Below, in pieces: positions 1 through 10,195 of a stretch of DNA of 64,000 bases (position 1 is the stretch's first letter; each line of letters starts with the position of its first letter). Below the pieces are notes generated by a model. That model saw only the letters and a program-made list of their open reading frames with translations. It did not search any database and was not told the DNA's origin. The position numbers and the translations under genes are program-made. The DNA is from Candidatus Latescibacterota bacterium (GTDB lineage Bacteria; Latescibacterota; UBA2968; GCA-2709665), in assembly GCA_965237675.1 (NCBI GenBank), contig OZ250150.1:4128001-4192000 (forward strand), read 5' to 3'.

Positions 1-1230
1 CGGTTCATATTCGAACCCCCGGGCCACGTCGGCGATCATCTTGCCTCTGGGCAGCCATCCCTGACAGGTGCCATCCGTATACGCATACGTAATCTGGCCC
101 AGCCTCACGTCGCCGCCCACGTCGATATGCCATGTATCCAAGTTGGAATTGACGTGTGGGTGGTGCCCGTGCGGCGCGTACGGAATGCCCTCAGGCGAAC
201 GGAAATGCACGCGGCACGGCACCGGTCTGCCCGTCTCGTCGTCCACCACCCGCGTATGTACCCAGTTTCGGCCGCGGTTCACGACCTCGACCTTCAATGC
301 CGGTGTGTCGACGCTGCCCTTTTCCACCAGTTCCCCCCAGTTTACGTCCCCGAGTTTCTCGCTCCCCTGCATCACGGTTACGGTTGCCGAAGGCACGGCT
401 GCCACCTCTACATAGGCCGGACTGCTTGCCGGGTTCTGTGGCTCTCCCCAACCCTTCCGCGCATCCTTCAGGAATTCATCCGAAGCCTGTGCGGGCAACG
501 GATAGGGGTACGTGGCGATGCCCCGATCCACATTCACATCAAGGTCGAAGGGCTTTTCAGCATCCTCCCCCCGCGGCAGCGTAATCAACACCTCGCGCGG
601 CGCCTCTCGAGAAAACGGATGCTCGTCCGCGTGCCCGAGGGTAATCCCACCGATTACGAACCGGAAACCCGCCGGAATGACCTCCAGGGATTCAATTGCC
701 CGGTTCGGGTGCGGATTCTTCCAGACCCAGAGCGTAAAGCTCCGGGAGCGACCCTGCACCGCCTCGGTCTGCCGTCGTCCGGCGTCGCCCCAGCGTCCTT
801 CATGGCGCGCGAGCATTCCGTCGGTCCGATCCTGAACCGCTACGAACGGGAGCCCGCCAGGCGCCGGAACCGTGGCAATCTCGAACCGATCCCGGATCGG
901 CGCCGAAACAACGGTGCCGCCAGCGAGACGGAAGCGATATTCCGCGACGTGCTCACCGACCGGTCCGTTCTCTGCAATCCGGGAATCGAGCAACCGGTGC
1001 GCCACGATCACCCGCTGCGCCGTCTTTCCCACAGGAATGGACACAGTTCCGGGCGACTTCCCCGCGCTGAAGGCCACAAGGCAAGGTTCCGCCGGTGCGT
1101 CCGGGCGCCCGATCAGAAACGGCAGTCCCTGGTAGGTTTGAACGCCTGCCGACACACCGGGCGCTTCGCCAAGCATCTCCGGCCCCGCGTTGCATATCGG
1201 TGACAGATCCAGCGGCTCGTATGCATCCAT
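1..1230 (-). CDS. CehA/McbA-family-like metallohydrolase, N-terminal part (gene continues beyond left edge)
   Basis: Not in the ORF track. GGAGG RBS then ATG at 1230 reads MDAYEPLDLSPICNAG...QTYQGLPFLIG; in the same frame 300->1 reads RNWVHTRVVDDETGRPVPCRVHFRSPEGIPYAPHGHHPHVNS...DVARGFEYEP, which resembles the pre-PHP region of CehA/McbA-like proteins. Catalytic domain lies outside the window. Confidence 0.6.
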   Translation of the reverse strand, partial: MDAYEPLDLSPICNAGPEMLGEAPGVSAGVQTYQGLPFLIGRPDAPAEPCLVAFSAGKSPGTVSIPVGKTAQRVIVAHRLLDSRIAENGPVGEHVAEYRFRLAGGTVVSAPIRDRFEIATVPAPGGLPFVAVQDRTDGMLARHEGRWGDAGRRQTEAVQGRSRSFTLWVWKNPHPNRAIESLEVIPAGFRFVIGGITLGHADEHPFSREAPREVLITLPRGEDAEKPFDLDVNVDRGIATYPYPLPAQASDEFLKDARKGWGEPQNPASSPAYVEVAAVPSATVTVMQGSEKLGDVNWGELVEKGSVDTPALKVEVVNRGRNWVHTRVVDDETGRPVPCRVHFRSPEGIPYAPHGHHPHVNSNLDTWHIDVGGDVRLGQITYAYTDGTCQGWLPRGKMIADVARGFEYEP

Positions 1231-1265
1231 ACCAGACCTCCCTGCCAAAAGATGATCGGTCCATC

Positions 1266-2231
1266 CTATGCCACCCGGTTCCGCGGGCGACCCTCCATAA
1301 ACGCAATGACATTATCCACCGCGCCGCCATTCAGAAGATCGACCCCCTCCGGGGTCATGTCGGCGCAATGAGGCGTCAACACGACCTGTTCGCAAGACAA
1401 CAGCGGATGCGACGGAGGCACGGGTTCTTCGTCATACACGTCAATCGCCGCGCCACCCAGACGCCCGGACCGGAGCGCGTCCACCAGCGCGTCCGTGTCC
1501 ACCACCGGGCCACGCGCTCCGTTCACAAGAATCGCGCCCGCTTTCATCAGTCCGAATTCCCGCCGTCCGATCATTCCGCGGCTATCGTCGGTAAGCGCCA
1601 CGTGCATGCTGACGACATCCGCCTCGTTCAGCAAATCGTCCAATGTCACAAAGCGTACCCCAAGTTTGCCGGCCCGTTCCGGCGATGGATGGTAGGTCCA
1701 CGCAATCACCTCCATCCCGATTGCCCGTCCCAGTCTGGCCATTTCCGCCCCGATATTCCCTACGCCCACAATGCCCAACACTTTACCCTGCAGGAACAAT
1801 CCATCCATCCTGGGCCACAGGCCCGCTTTCATCCGCGCCGTGAAGAATGCCGCCCGTTTCGATGCGGCAAACATCAGTCCGAACATATGTTCGGCCACCA
1901 CGGGCGCCGTTCGTCCCGGCTGATTGCAAATGACAATCCCGTGCTCTCTGGCGGCTTCCAGGTCGAACATATCGGTACCTATCGAACAACTCGTAATCAT
2001 CTGCAAATCGGGCAACTGTTCGAATTCCCTGCGACCCCACGTCACCACACCTCGCGTGTTGATGATCACCCCGGCACCCTTCGCCCGCTCAACCTTCTCC
2101 TCCGTCGATTCCGGCCTTGAATCGCACAAAACCACCGGTCCGTACGGCGCCAGACGATCCAGATGCGGAGATCCGGCAATCATCAGCGGATCATCTCCGG
2201 GGACCAGCATCCTGACAGTACCCTCCACCAT
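1266..2231 (-). CDS. D-isomer-specific 2-hydroxyacid dehydrogenase (phosphoglycerate dehydrogenase-like)
   Basis: GIVGVGNIG Rossmann motif, NGARGPVVD, DVYDEEP and LTPHCA catalytic motifs; GGAGG upstream of ATG at 2231. Confidence 0.9.
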   Translation of the reverse strand: MVEGTVRMLVPGDDPLMIAGSPHLDRLAPYGPVVLCDSRPESTEEKVERAKGAGVIINTRGVVTWGRREFEQLPDLQMITSCSIGTDMFDLEAAREHGIVICNQPGRTAPVVAEHMFGLMFAASKRAAFFTARMKAGLWPRMDGLFLQGKVLGIVGVGNIGAEMARLGRAIGMEVIAWTYHPSPERAGKLGVRFVTLDDLLNEADVVSMHVALTDDSRGMIGRREFGLMKAGAILVNGARGPVVDTDALVDALRSGRLGGAAIDVYDEEPVPPSHPLLSCEQVVLTPHCADMTPEGVDLLNGGAVDNVIAFMEGRPRNRVA

Positions 2232-2428
2232 TTCCAAACCTCCAATCAGGCAATACACACGACACGGGCGCTCCCTGACCGCACACCGTGAAATCGCCCC
2301 GCTTCCGGGACCCGAAAAGGAGTTGACCGCATTACGTTAAAAGATGAATCCCCGTGGAACTGCACCGATCCGTCGGGGGATTGAACGGCACGTATGCCTA
2401 CGTCCACACGGAAACCGTCTGAACATCC

Positions 2429-3619
2429 TCACCCGCCTTCCGGCAAACGCGCCGGGCTCTCAGAAGCCAATGTGGCCAATGCATCGAGCAGCAGGTCGAT
2501 CTCATCCTCAAGGAGGAAAAAGGGCACGCTCGCACGCAGACCATGTCGCGTCGTATTGAACGCCTTGACGACAATGCGCCAGCGCCCCCTGAGCGCATCC
2601 CTCACGTCAGTTGGTTGCCAACCCCGCAGGTCGAAGCCGACCACGGCGCCGGACCGTTCCGGGGACATGGGTGTGAACAACGTCACGCCCGGAATCTCGT
2701 TCAACCCCTGCTTCAACCGGGTCGTCAGCGCCGCCGTGCGCGCCCAGATCGCCTCCAGTCCGATATTCGCCAGGTATTTCACCGCCGTCGCCCAGGCGTG
2801 AACCAACGGCCAGGACCAGGGTCCGAATTCAAACCTCTCTGTATTTTCCTTGAGCTCGAAACGATCTTCCCTGAAGTCCACCCACGCCTGCGCCCGCCCG
2901 CCGGCGTAGGTAACGCGGATCTCGTCCCGGCGGTCCTTTCGGGCGAACAATGCACCGGCGGCATAGGGTGAATACATCCACTTGTAGGAGAGAATTCCCG
3001 CAAAATCGCATCCCACTTCGTTCAGATTTATCGGGTACAATCCGGCGGAATGCGCCATATCCAGAAATGTGATAACCCCACGCTCCCTTGCAGCCGAACA
3101 GATCCTTTCGGCGGGCAGACGATACCCCGAGTCCGAAATCACGTGGCTCAGCGCGATAAGCCGGGTGCGCTCGGTGACGCGGCCGGTGACCGCCTCTACC
3201 TGTCCATCCACGTCGTCGACCAGCGGTACCTTGTCCACGACAACGCCGAACAGATCACGCAAATGGAGACAGGGCACCAGCAGCGCCACTTCCTCCTCAT
3301 CCGAAATCAAAATGCGGTCTCCGGCTTTCCAATCGAGGCCGCGAATGACGGTCTGGAACGCTTCGCTCACCCCGCGCATCAACGCCAGATCGCCGGCCGC
3401 CACGCCGAAAAATTCCCCCAGGCGTTGCTTGGTCCGTTCTCGACGGGGATATTCGACATCCGGATACGCAATGTGCATCGGTCCGCGTTGGAGCAATTCC
3501 CGCATCAACCTGATATGTGTCTCGGCCACGGGCGTCGGTGTAATGCTCACGCCCCCGTTCTGGAACCACACGTAATTTCCCAGCGCCGGAAAATCCGCCC
3601 TGATCTTACCGATATCCAT
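2429..3619 (-). CDS. Class-V PLP-dependent aminotransferase-fold enzyme
   Basis: IRADFPAL start, LDMAHSAG, SYKW PLP-lysine motif, RFEFG, GLRAS; no SufS/IscS catalytic Cys loop. Confidence 0.85.
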   Translation of the reverse strand: MDIGKIRADFPALGNYVWFQNGGVSITPTPVAETHIRLMRELLQRGPMHIAYPDVEYPRRERTKQRLGEFFGVAAGDLALMRGVSEAFQTVIRGLDWKAGDRILISDEEEVALLVPCLHLRDLFGVVVDKVPLVDDVDGQVEAVTGRVTERTRLIALSHVISDSGYRLPAERICSAARERGVITFLDMAHSAGLYPINLNEVGCDFAGILSYKWMYSPYAAGALFARKDRRDEIRVTYAGGRAQAWVDFREDRFELKENTERFEFGPWSWPLVHAWATAVKYLANIGLEAIWARTAALTTRLKQGLNEIPGVTLFTPMSPERSGAVVGFDLRGWQPTDVRDALRGRWRIVVKAFNTTRHGLRASVPFFLLEDEIDLLLDALATLASESPARLPEGG

Positions 3620-3721
3620 TTTAAAACGCCTCAAATCTGAACAGTTGTTCCGACGACCACGACCGATACCGATCACTTCCGCCTCAGTACAGTTCTTTCT
3701 TCTCCGTTGCGACTCACCGCA

Positions 3722-4627
3722 CTAACGCCAGTGCACGGGCAGAATAACATCCTTCAGTCCGAACTGCCGCGCAATCCATTCCTCCTGGTAGACGCCATCC
3801 TTGTAACGGGAATGTTCCGAGGCGCGAACCTCCACCTGACCGGGTACAGCATCGGCCACCGCCCCAAGCATTTGTTCGCTTCCCCACAGGAGAGTCGGCA
3901 CCGTAATCCGGGGCGCAAAAAACCAGGGGTCGAAATAGGACACCGTACGGGCTACTGCATCGTGGCGATCCGGATTTTGCCTCAAATACTCGTTTACTTC
4001 CTCCAGCGGATACCCTTCGGTGCCCGGTGCCCGATCCATCGTCCCATAAAAGAAAGACGGCGACGCAACAAGATGTGTCATTCCCCCGCGAAGCGCCGCC
4101 GCCAGCAACGGCATCTCGTTCTGGCCGATCCCCGCGATTCGGCCGCGGTCCGCTTCCGGCCGGGTCAGCACATAGTCCACCGCCCGACAACAATCGGCCA
4201 CGATGCCGCGCATAACGTATGCCTCGGGGTCGTCGATAGTATCCACAAACAGACCTGGAAACGACGCCGCGTAGGGTTCGTCCGCGTTGCGTTGTCCTCT
4301 CGCGGCCATTGCGAACACCAGGAACCGTCGTCGCTTCTCACTTGCGTCACCCTGCGGAAGCGGTTCCACGACGCTCTGCAGACGCGTAAGATACACAAGC
4401 GTCGGAAACGGGCCCTCCCCATGGGGAATGCTCAGATAGCCGAACAACCGATACGGACCGATACTCGTGAAACGCACGCCGTAGGTCGTTGAAAACTCGG
4501 TAGATCGAATCGGCATCAATTCCTCTTCGGGCGCAATCGGCGTGGCGTCCAGAATTTCCATCGTGCGATTCCAGTACGCATCAAAATCATCGGGTTTGGC
4601 CGTTGTCGGCCGAAATTGATCCGGCAT
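3722..4627 (-). CDS. Acetyl xylan esterase (AXE1/CE7)-like protein, catalytic Ser and Asp apparently lost
   Basis: PDDFDAYW, RGQ, D..RAVD, SYFD...APRI CE7 scaffold motifs; the nucleophile elbow reads GIGQNE instead of GxSQGG. Confidence 0.75.
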   Translation of the reverse strand: MPDQFRPTTAKPDDFDAYWNRTMEILDATPIAPEEELMPIRSTEFSTTYGVRFTSIGPYRLFGYLSIPHGEGPFPTLVYLTRLQSVVEPLPQGDASEKRRRFLVFAMAARGQRNADEPYAASFPGLFVDTIDDPEAYVMRGIVADCCRAVDYVLTRPEADRGRIAGIGQNEMPLLAAALRGGMTHLVASPSFFYGTMDRAPGTEGYPLEEVNEYLRQNPDRHDAVARTVSYFDPWFFAPRITVPTLLWGSEQMLGAVADAVPGQVEVRASEHSRYKDGVYQEEWIARQFGLKDVILPVHWR

Positions 4628-4684
4628 TTACGAATTCTCCTGGCGTCCGGAGGGCCGGTGCAGGCTGGCCTCCACGATTCGACC

Positions 4685-5614
4685 TCAAGGGTGATTCTTC
4701 AGATGTTTCTCGAAAAACAGTCCAATTACGTTGCTGTGCTCCACGCTGCCCGCATCGTGGGCGTGGCCGTCGTACGCATACATCCGCTTGTCATTAGACG
4801 CGATTGCTCGAAATGCCGCGTATCCGGTTTCGGGCGGGCAGATATTGTCCTGTAGTCCCACATTGACGATAATCGGACACGATATCCGCGGTCCGAAGTG
4901 AATCCCGTCGAAATAGGCCAACGTATCCCGCACCGAGGGCTCCCGTTCGGGGTAGAGCCTCAGATAGTCCCGTATCTCCTGGTAAGGGTAGCTGTGTGCC
5001 AGATGAATCGCGTCCATAAACCCGCACAGATAGGGAGCGCCAGCGGCCCCCGCCCTGGGATCTCTCAGCGCCGAAACCACAATCGTCAAGCCACCTCCCT
5101 GGCTGCTGCCGTTTACGCCAATCCGATCCGAATCCACTTCCTCACGGCTCGCTAAAAAATCGAAGGCGCGAACGGCATCGATATAAAACCCGCGATAGGA
5201 ATAGGTATTCCGATCCACGATATTGTGGGTCAACAGACCTGGATACCCCGGGTTGAACTGCCCGTTGCTTCTGAGTTTTCCCCGTGGAGCGACACTGAAG
5301 ACAGCATAACCCGTTCTGGCCGTCTGTTTTGGCAATTGAGGCTCCCCGATATATCCCGGCACCTGCAAAATCGCTGGCAGCCTCCCCGTGGGCGTCGCAG
5401 GGAGGCAGTACCATCCCGAAATTCTGACGCCGTCGATACTGTCAAAGAGAACCTCAAAAACATCCACCTCGGGCGTCGACCTGAGCCGGCTGCGCACCAC
5501 GGACGCGTTCAGTGGAATCCGATCCGCCGTGGCAAGCACGTCGTCCCAGAACGCGTCAAAATCGGCCGGGCGCACCATCGTTGTACCGTAATTCTCTATT
5601 GCGTTCCAGTCCAT
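4685..5614 (-). CDS. Acetyl xylan esterase / cephalosporin-C deacetylase family (CE7)
   Basis: RPADFDAFW, GSSQGG nucleophile, GLQDNICPP (Asp), GHAHD (His); ATG at 5614 with GGAGG upstream. Confidence 0.9.
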   Translation of the reverse strand: MDWNAIENYGTTMVRPADFDAFWDDVLATADRIPLNASVVRSRLRSTPEVDVFEVLFDSIDGVRISGWYCLPATPTGRLPAILQVPGYIGEPQLPKQTARTGYAVFSVAPRGKLRSNGQFNPGYPGLLTHNIVDRNTYSYRGFYIDAVRAFDFLASREEVDSDRIGVNGSSQGGGLTIVVSALRDPRAGAAGAPYLCGFMDAIHLAHSYPYQEIRDYLRLYPEREPSVRDTLAYFDGIHFGPRISCPIIVNVGLQDNICPPETGYAAFRAIASNDKRMYAYDGHAHDAGSVEHSNVIGLFFEKHLKNHP

Positions 5615-5639
5615 ACACCCTCCGTCCATCTGCGGGCGG

Positions 5640-7610
5640 TCAACCCCTAGCGTCGCCGCCGCTGACGACCACCGAACTCTCCGCCCCCTGTCGTCCAAAT
5701 GCGTTCACCGGCCGGACAGACAGCCGGCTCCCCGCCGGATTGAACCGCCAGGTGAAGGCCGACGAACTCTCCTGCCACTCGCCGTCGTCGATCCTTGTTT
5801 CAAACCCCTTTAGATTCGCGGTTTCCGTATCCAGCAGGACGTGAAGCTCGTTCGGATCAACGCCCTGCTGCAGATGAATCGCCGCCCGGTTCGGTGTCCA
5901 GTACAGGTCTCCCGGGCGCTCCGTATGCTCGGAGAACCACGGCAACCCGGGCGTGTCTGCGTCCTGCCAGAATAGGTACCGGTTGAAATGATAGGAAATC
6001 TTGCCGTGCTCCGGCTCTCCCGGGCCCATGGTCTCCAATTCGTCGTTCCGAAGGGAAATCATAAAGCGTTCGAACAGTTTCAAGCGTCGGGCTACCTGGA
6101 ATTGCTCAGAAACCGCCGCGGGCGGCTCGGGCACGATCCTAACGTCCTCGTAATCCTGTTCCATCCACGCCCGGTGAGCCTCCAGTGCATTCAGCGGCAC
6201 TCCATTGCGCTCAAAATGGTACGTAAATTTGGACTCGTCGTTGGGATCTCCGCCGACATCCATTGCCACCCATTTGCCGTGCTGGCTCGACCAGACTTCG
6301 TTGATGCAATGTGAACGCATAATTTGAGTACGCGCTGTAAATCCCAGTGCGGCGCTGCAATGCGACATCACGGTGGCGTAGTGCGTACACATTCCGAGGC
6401 TCAGCTTGCGGCTCGCGAGACTGAGAATCATCATGGCGTCCCAGGGAGGGCAGAAATCAATCTCACCCATATTCCAGCCGTTTTCCCATTGCTCCCGCAC
6501 CCACTGCCGCAAATGCAGGAACGCCTCGAACTCAGACCTGGCCGGGCGGATCACATCGTCCAGTTTCCAGCGCTCCCGCAAAATCCGCCCACGTTCCGAA
6601 TCTGCGGGCAGATGGGAAAACCGGTAGGAACTCCGAACCAGCGCCGGGTTGTCGGAATCCACAATCCTCGCCACCGGCGATGTTGCCCGGGCCGTTGCAG
6701 AAAGCGATACCCGTTCCAGCACCGGCGTCGCCGATGGCTTCCTCGTCTGCATGACGATGCGCCATTGGAGAAATCGGACGGGCCCGGCCGGCTCTATCGA
6801 ATCGGATACCGGCGCCCACGCCGTCCAGGTTTTCGGATTGTACGCCGGACACGGCCCGCCCCGCCACTCGAGGGCCGAGGTGCAGCCCGCCGGCATCCGC
6901 GCGTCGGCCGATAGCTGGATATGGGCCACGCTGCCCGTGGCGGCAATCCCACCTTCCGTCACAAGTCCAAGCAAATCCACGGGATCGGAACAGACCTCGC
7001 CGGCATCCGCATATTGATCCAGCCATAGCCGCACCATATATTCCCCGCTGGCACGGTCGTTTGCGCCCATATCTTCCGAACGCCAGGTCTGCCCGCCGTC
7101 TTCGCTGACAGCGCTTCGGCCCGGCTGCACACTCTCTTCAATCAACAACGTCCACGCCGCAGCGTCTACGGCTCTGAAAATCACCTCGTTCTCACCGGGT
7201 CTTAGCCAATCAACGGGTATCTCCAGCGGCCGCCATCGGTCCTCCCAATAGGTCCGCTCCCCGGGCCAGCCGACCCTGAACGAACGACTGTTCACCTCGA
7301 TCTCCAACTCGCCGTCCGTTCTGTCACACAGGAGATATGGGCACAGCAACGCCCGAGATGCACCCAATGCCGGGATTGAGAATATCTTCCTGGCTTGCCG
7401 CAACCCGAGCACGGGCTCCCGATCGTTCAGATTGCAATTGCCCATTTCATCCGCGACCGTAACCCCGCGCCGGAGGCACACGGTGTTCTCCCGAACAGAA
7501 ACACCCCTGCCCGTACATTCCTCGAAATCACCGCCGGAACACCAGACTCTGGTGCCGTGCGCCAATGTCATATCCGTTTCCAGGTCGGAATGGAGAATTG
7601 CGTCGCTCAC
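5640..7610 (-). CDS. Transglutaminase-like (Cys-His-Asp) domain protein with N-terminal beta-rich region
   Basis: GMCTHYA...HCINEVW...KWVAMD transglutaminase-like triad; Asp-box-like SEDGGQTW upstream. Confidence 0.75.
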   Translation of the reverse strand: MSDAILHSDLETDMTLAHGTRVWCSGGDFEECTGRGVSVRENTVCLRRGVTVADEMGNCNLNDREPVLGLRQARKIFSIPALGASRALLCPYLLCDRTDGELEIEVNSRSFRVGWPGERTYWEDRWRPLEIPVDWLRPGENEVIFRAVDAAAWTLLIEESVQPGRSAVSEDGGQTWRSEDMGANDRASGEYMVRLWLDQYADAGEVCSDPVDLLGLVTEGGIAATGSVAHIQLSADARMPAGCTSALEWRGGPCPAYNPKTWTAWAPVSDSIEPAGPVRFLQWRIVMQTRKPSATPVLERVSLSATARATSPVARIVDSDNPALVRSSYRFSHLPADSERGRILRERWKLDDVIRPARSEFEAFLHLRQWVREQWENGWNMGEIDFCPPWDAMMILSLASRKLSLGMCTHYATVMSHCSAALGFTARTQIMRSHCINEVWSSQHGKWVAMDVGGDPNDESKFTYHFERNGVPLNALEAHRAWMEQDYEDVRIVPEPPAAVSEQFQVARRLKLFERFMISLRNDELETMGPGEPEHGKISYHFNRYLFWQDADTPGLPWFSEHTERPGDLYWTPNRAAIHLQQGVDPNELHVLLDTETANLKGFETRIDDGEWQESSSAFTWRFNPAGSRLSVRPVNAFGRQGAESSVVVSGGDARG

Positions 7611-7846
7611 GTCGATTCCCTATATTTGGGGACGTCGTTGCGCGTGGGAAATGAAACCGGTCATTCCGGCCACGACGATGTTCGGATACCGTGGCTGACC
7701 GTTTCCTTGAGCACCTTGTATCATCGCCCGAACCGCAATTGACGAATTTCTTATCGGTCTTCAAGCGGAAAGACACTGGAGCGTGGACGGATGAGATCTC
7801 TTTCGATAGAACGACGCCCTCGTTCGACCGAATCGGGGATGAATTG

Positions 7847-9319
7847 ATGCCAATGGGAGACATCGTCCGTATCGGGCACCTCAAGACCGTCGACGCGTTT
7901 CAGAAACGCCTCCAGGCCCTCGGTCTGGAGTTGCCCTGCGACCAGGACATCCTCACCGCGTCCGAATCTCCACTCGCTCAGCCATTTCCGTTCACCCCGG
8001 CTCCCATCGGCAACCGTTTTGCGATCCATCCAATGGAAGGTTGGGACGGCCTTTCCGACGGCAGACCATCGGAAAACACCTTCCGCCGCTGGCGTCGTTT
8101 CGGTCTCAGCGGCGCAAAACTCATCTGGGGAGGCGAAGCGATCGCCGTTCGGCCCGAAGGACGTGCAAACCCCAATCAGTTATATGCCGCGGACCATACC
8201 CGAAGCGGCATCAGCGAGCTGCTGGACACGCTTCGGACATCCCACCAGCGGCACGTTGGCGACACGGACGACCTTTTGGTTGGGCTGCAACTGACCCACT
8301 CAGGGCGGTTCTGCCGGCCCAACCACAAGCGCAAGATGGAACCGCGGATTCTCTATCATCATCCCATCCTCGACCGGAAATTCGGCGTGGACCCGAATCA
8401 CCCCGTGATGTCAGATGGCGAGATACGTTCCATTATCGACGACTACGTGAGGGCAGCCCGAATCGCTTCCGATTCGGGTTACCATTTTGTTGACATCAAA
8501 CATTGCCACGGGTATCTGGGCCACGAATTCCTGAGCGCCGTCAACCGCAACGGTCCTTTTGGCGGTACGTTTGAGAACCGGACGCGCTTCCTTCGCGAAA
8601 TTGTGCAGGGCATCCGATCCGTTGCTCCGCGTCTCCATATCGGCGTACGGCTGAGCGCCTTCGACTTTGTTCCGTTCCGGCCGGATCCGGAACGGTCTGA
8701 GGGTCGCAAACAGGGCCCGGGCATTCCGGAAGATTTCCGCCACTGTCTGCCATATACATTCGGCTTTGGCGCCAACCCGTCCAACCCCGTCGTTCCGGAC
8801 CTCACCGAACCCCATCAGTTTCTCGATTTACTCGAAAGCCTGGATATCCGGCTTGTCAATTTATCAGCCGGCAGCCCGTATTACACCCCCCACATTCAAC
8901 GCCCCGCGTATTATCCCCCTTCAGATGGGTACCAACCGCCTGAAGACCCTCTGGTGGACGTCGCGCGCCAGATCGAGGTCGTCCGGCGGATCAAAAAGCG
9001 GCATCCCAACCTGATTGTCGTGGGTACGGCATATTCTTACCTTCAGGAGTTCCTGCCGCACGTCGCACAAGCACTCGTACGTGCGAGGCAGGTCGACTTC
9101 ATCGGTCTGGGCAGGATGGTCCTTTCGTACCCGCAACTTCCTCTGGACGTGCTCAAAAACGGAAAATTAAACACCCGGGTCATCTGCCGAACGTTCAGCG
9201 ATTGCACCACCGCACCGAGGAACGGTCTGATATCGGGTTGTTTCCCGCTGGATACACATTACAAAAAAACACCTGAAGCAAATCGCCTCAGGGAAATTAA
9301 GAAAGCCGTCCGTACCTAG
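7847..9319 (+). CDS. NADH:flavin oxidoreductase / Old Yellow Enzyme family
   Basis: [43 protein letters not shown]; C-terminal CxxxxxC. Start uncertain (7691/7847/7853). Confidence 0.9.
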   Translation: MPMGDIVRIGHLKTVDAFQKRLQALGLELPCDQDILTASESPLAQPFPFTPAPIGNRFAIHPMEGWDGLSDGRPSENTFRRWRRFGLSGAKLIWGGEAIAVRPEGRANPNQLYAADHTRSGISELLDTLRTSHQRHVGDTDDLLVGLQLTHSGRFCRPNHKRKMEPRILYHHPILDRKFGVDPNHPVMSDGEIRSIIDDYVRAARIASDSGYHFVDIKHCHGYLGHEFLSAVNRNGPFGGTFENRTRFLREIVQGIRSVAPRLHIGVRLSAFDFVPFRPDPERSEGRKQGPGIPEDFRHCLPYTFGFGANPSNPVVPDLTEPHQFLDLLESLDIRLVNLSAGSPYYTPHIQRPAYYPPSDGYQPPEDPLVDVARQIEVVRRIKKRHPNLIVVGTAYSYLQEFLPHVAQALVRARQVDFIGLGRMVLSYPQLPLDVLKNGKLNTRVICRTFSDCTTAPRNGLISGCFPLDTHYKKTPEANRLREIKKAVRT

Positions 9320-9363
9320 CAAGGAGAAAGCGGCGTGCCGTGTTCGAGCCGCGCCGGATGCGA

Positions 9364-10173
9364 TCAACCCGCTTCCAGATCCTTGACTGGCGCGAGTTTG
9401 AGTACGAAGACCTCCTCCAGATTGAAAAAATCGACGCTGGGCATCAACCGGACGTCCCTGAAAAGCGCCTGATCTTCTTCGCCCACCTGGGTTACAGCGC
9501 CTATTAAGAGGCCCTTGGGAAACATACCGCCCAAGCCCGACGAAACAATTCGATCGCCCACCGCCACTTCGCTGCGTACCGACACGTGCCTCAGAAAAAA
9601 GCTGCCGTTTTCGCACGTCACAATTCCGGACGTCCGTTCATTACGCTGCACGATCGCACTTACCCTGCAATTGCGGTCCAGCAACAACTGAACCACGGCA
9701 GTACGCGGGTGGACTTCCAGGACACGTCCAACGAGCCCGTCCGCGGTTACCACCGGCATGCGTTTCGCCACTCCGTCCGCCGCACCCAAATCCAGGAGCA
9801 CGGTATTCAGCACGCGGTTGGGATCTCTGGCGACTACCTTAGCCACCAGATAGGTGCCTTCGGCATGCGATCGAAAATCGAGTAACTCGCGAAGTCGAAG
9901 ATTCTCCATCCGCGCTTCCCGGAGTTCCAGCAACTCGAGTGAGATGCGCAGATTCTGTTCCCGCAAGATTTGATTTTCGTGGCGCAGCCCGGATAGTTCC
10001 ATCGGCCACGTGAACAATCCGTGTCCGGCTTTCAGCAGGCCGGTGGCAATACCGCTTGCCAATGCGACCGCATCGGATTTACCGAGCGCCATTAGACTCA
10101 GCGATCCGAGGACGGCAACGCTCAGCACAACATAAGCGCGGTGACCACGTATAAAACCATACAGCCACTGCAT
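9364..10173 (-). CDS. mreC: Rod shape-determining protein MreC
   Basis: N-terminal TM plus coiled coil (ENLRLRELL), GLVGRV, SGLGGMFPKGLLIG; directly downstream of mreB. Confidence 0.95.
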   Translation of the reverse strand: MQWLYGFIRGHRAYVVLSVAVLGSLSLMALGKSDAVALASGIATGLLKAGHGLFTWPMELSGLRHENQILREQNLRISLELLELREARMENLRLRELLDFRSHAEGTYLVAKVVARDPNRVLNTVLLDLGAADGVAKRMPVVTADGLVGRVLEVHPRTAVVQLLLDRNCRVSAIVQRNERTSGIVTCENGSFFLRHVSVRSEVAVGDRIVSSGLGGMFPKGLLIGAVTQVGEEDQALFRDVRLMPSVDFFNLEEVFVLKLAPVKDLEAG

Positions 10174-10195
10174 CGGTTGTCCAAACCCCTATCTG

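Noticed and set aside
127-2120. Long plus-strand ORFs 127..1203 and 1095..2120
   Set aside because: Antisense shadows of real minus-strand genes; Arg/His/Pro-rich with no motifs
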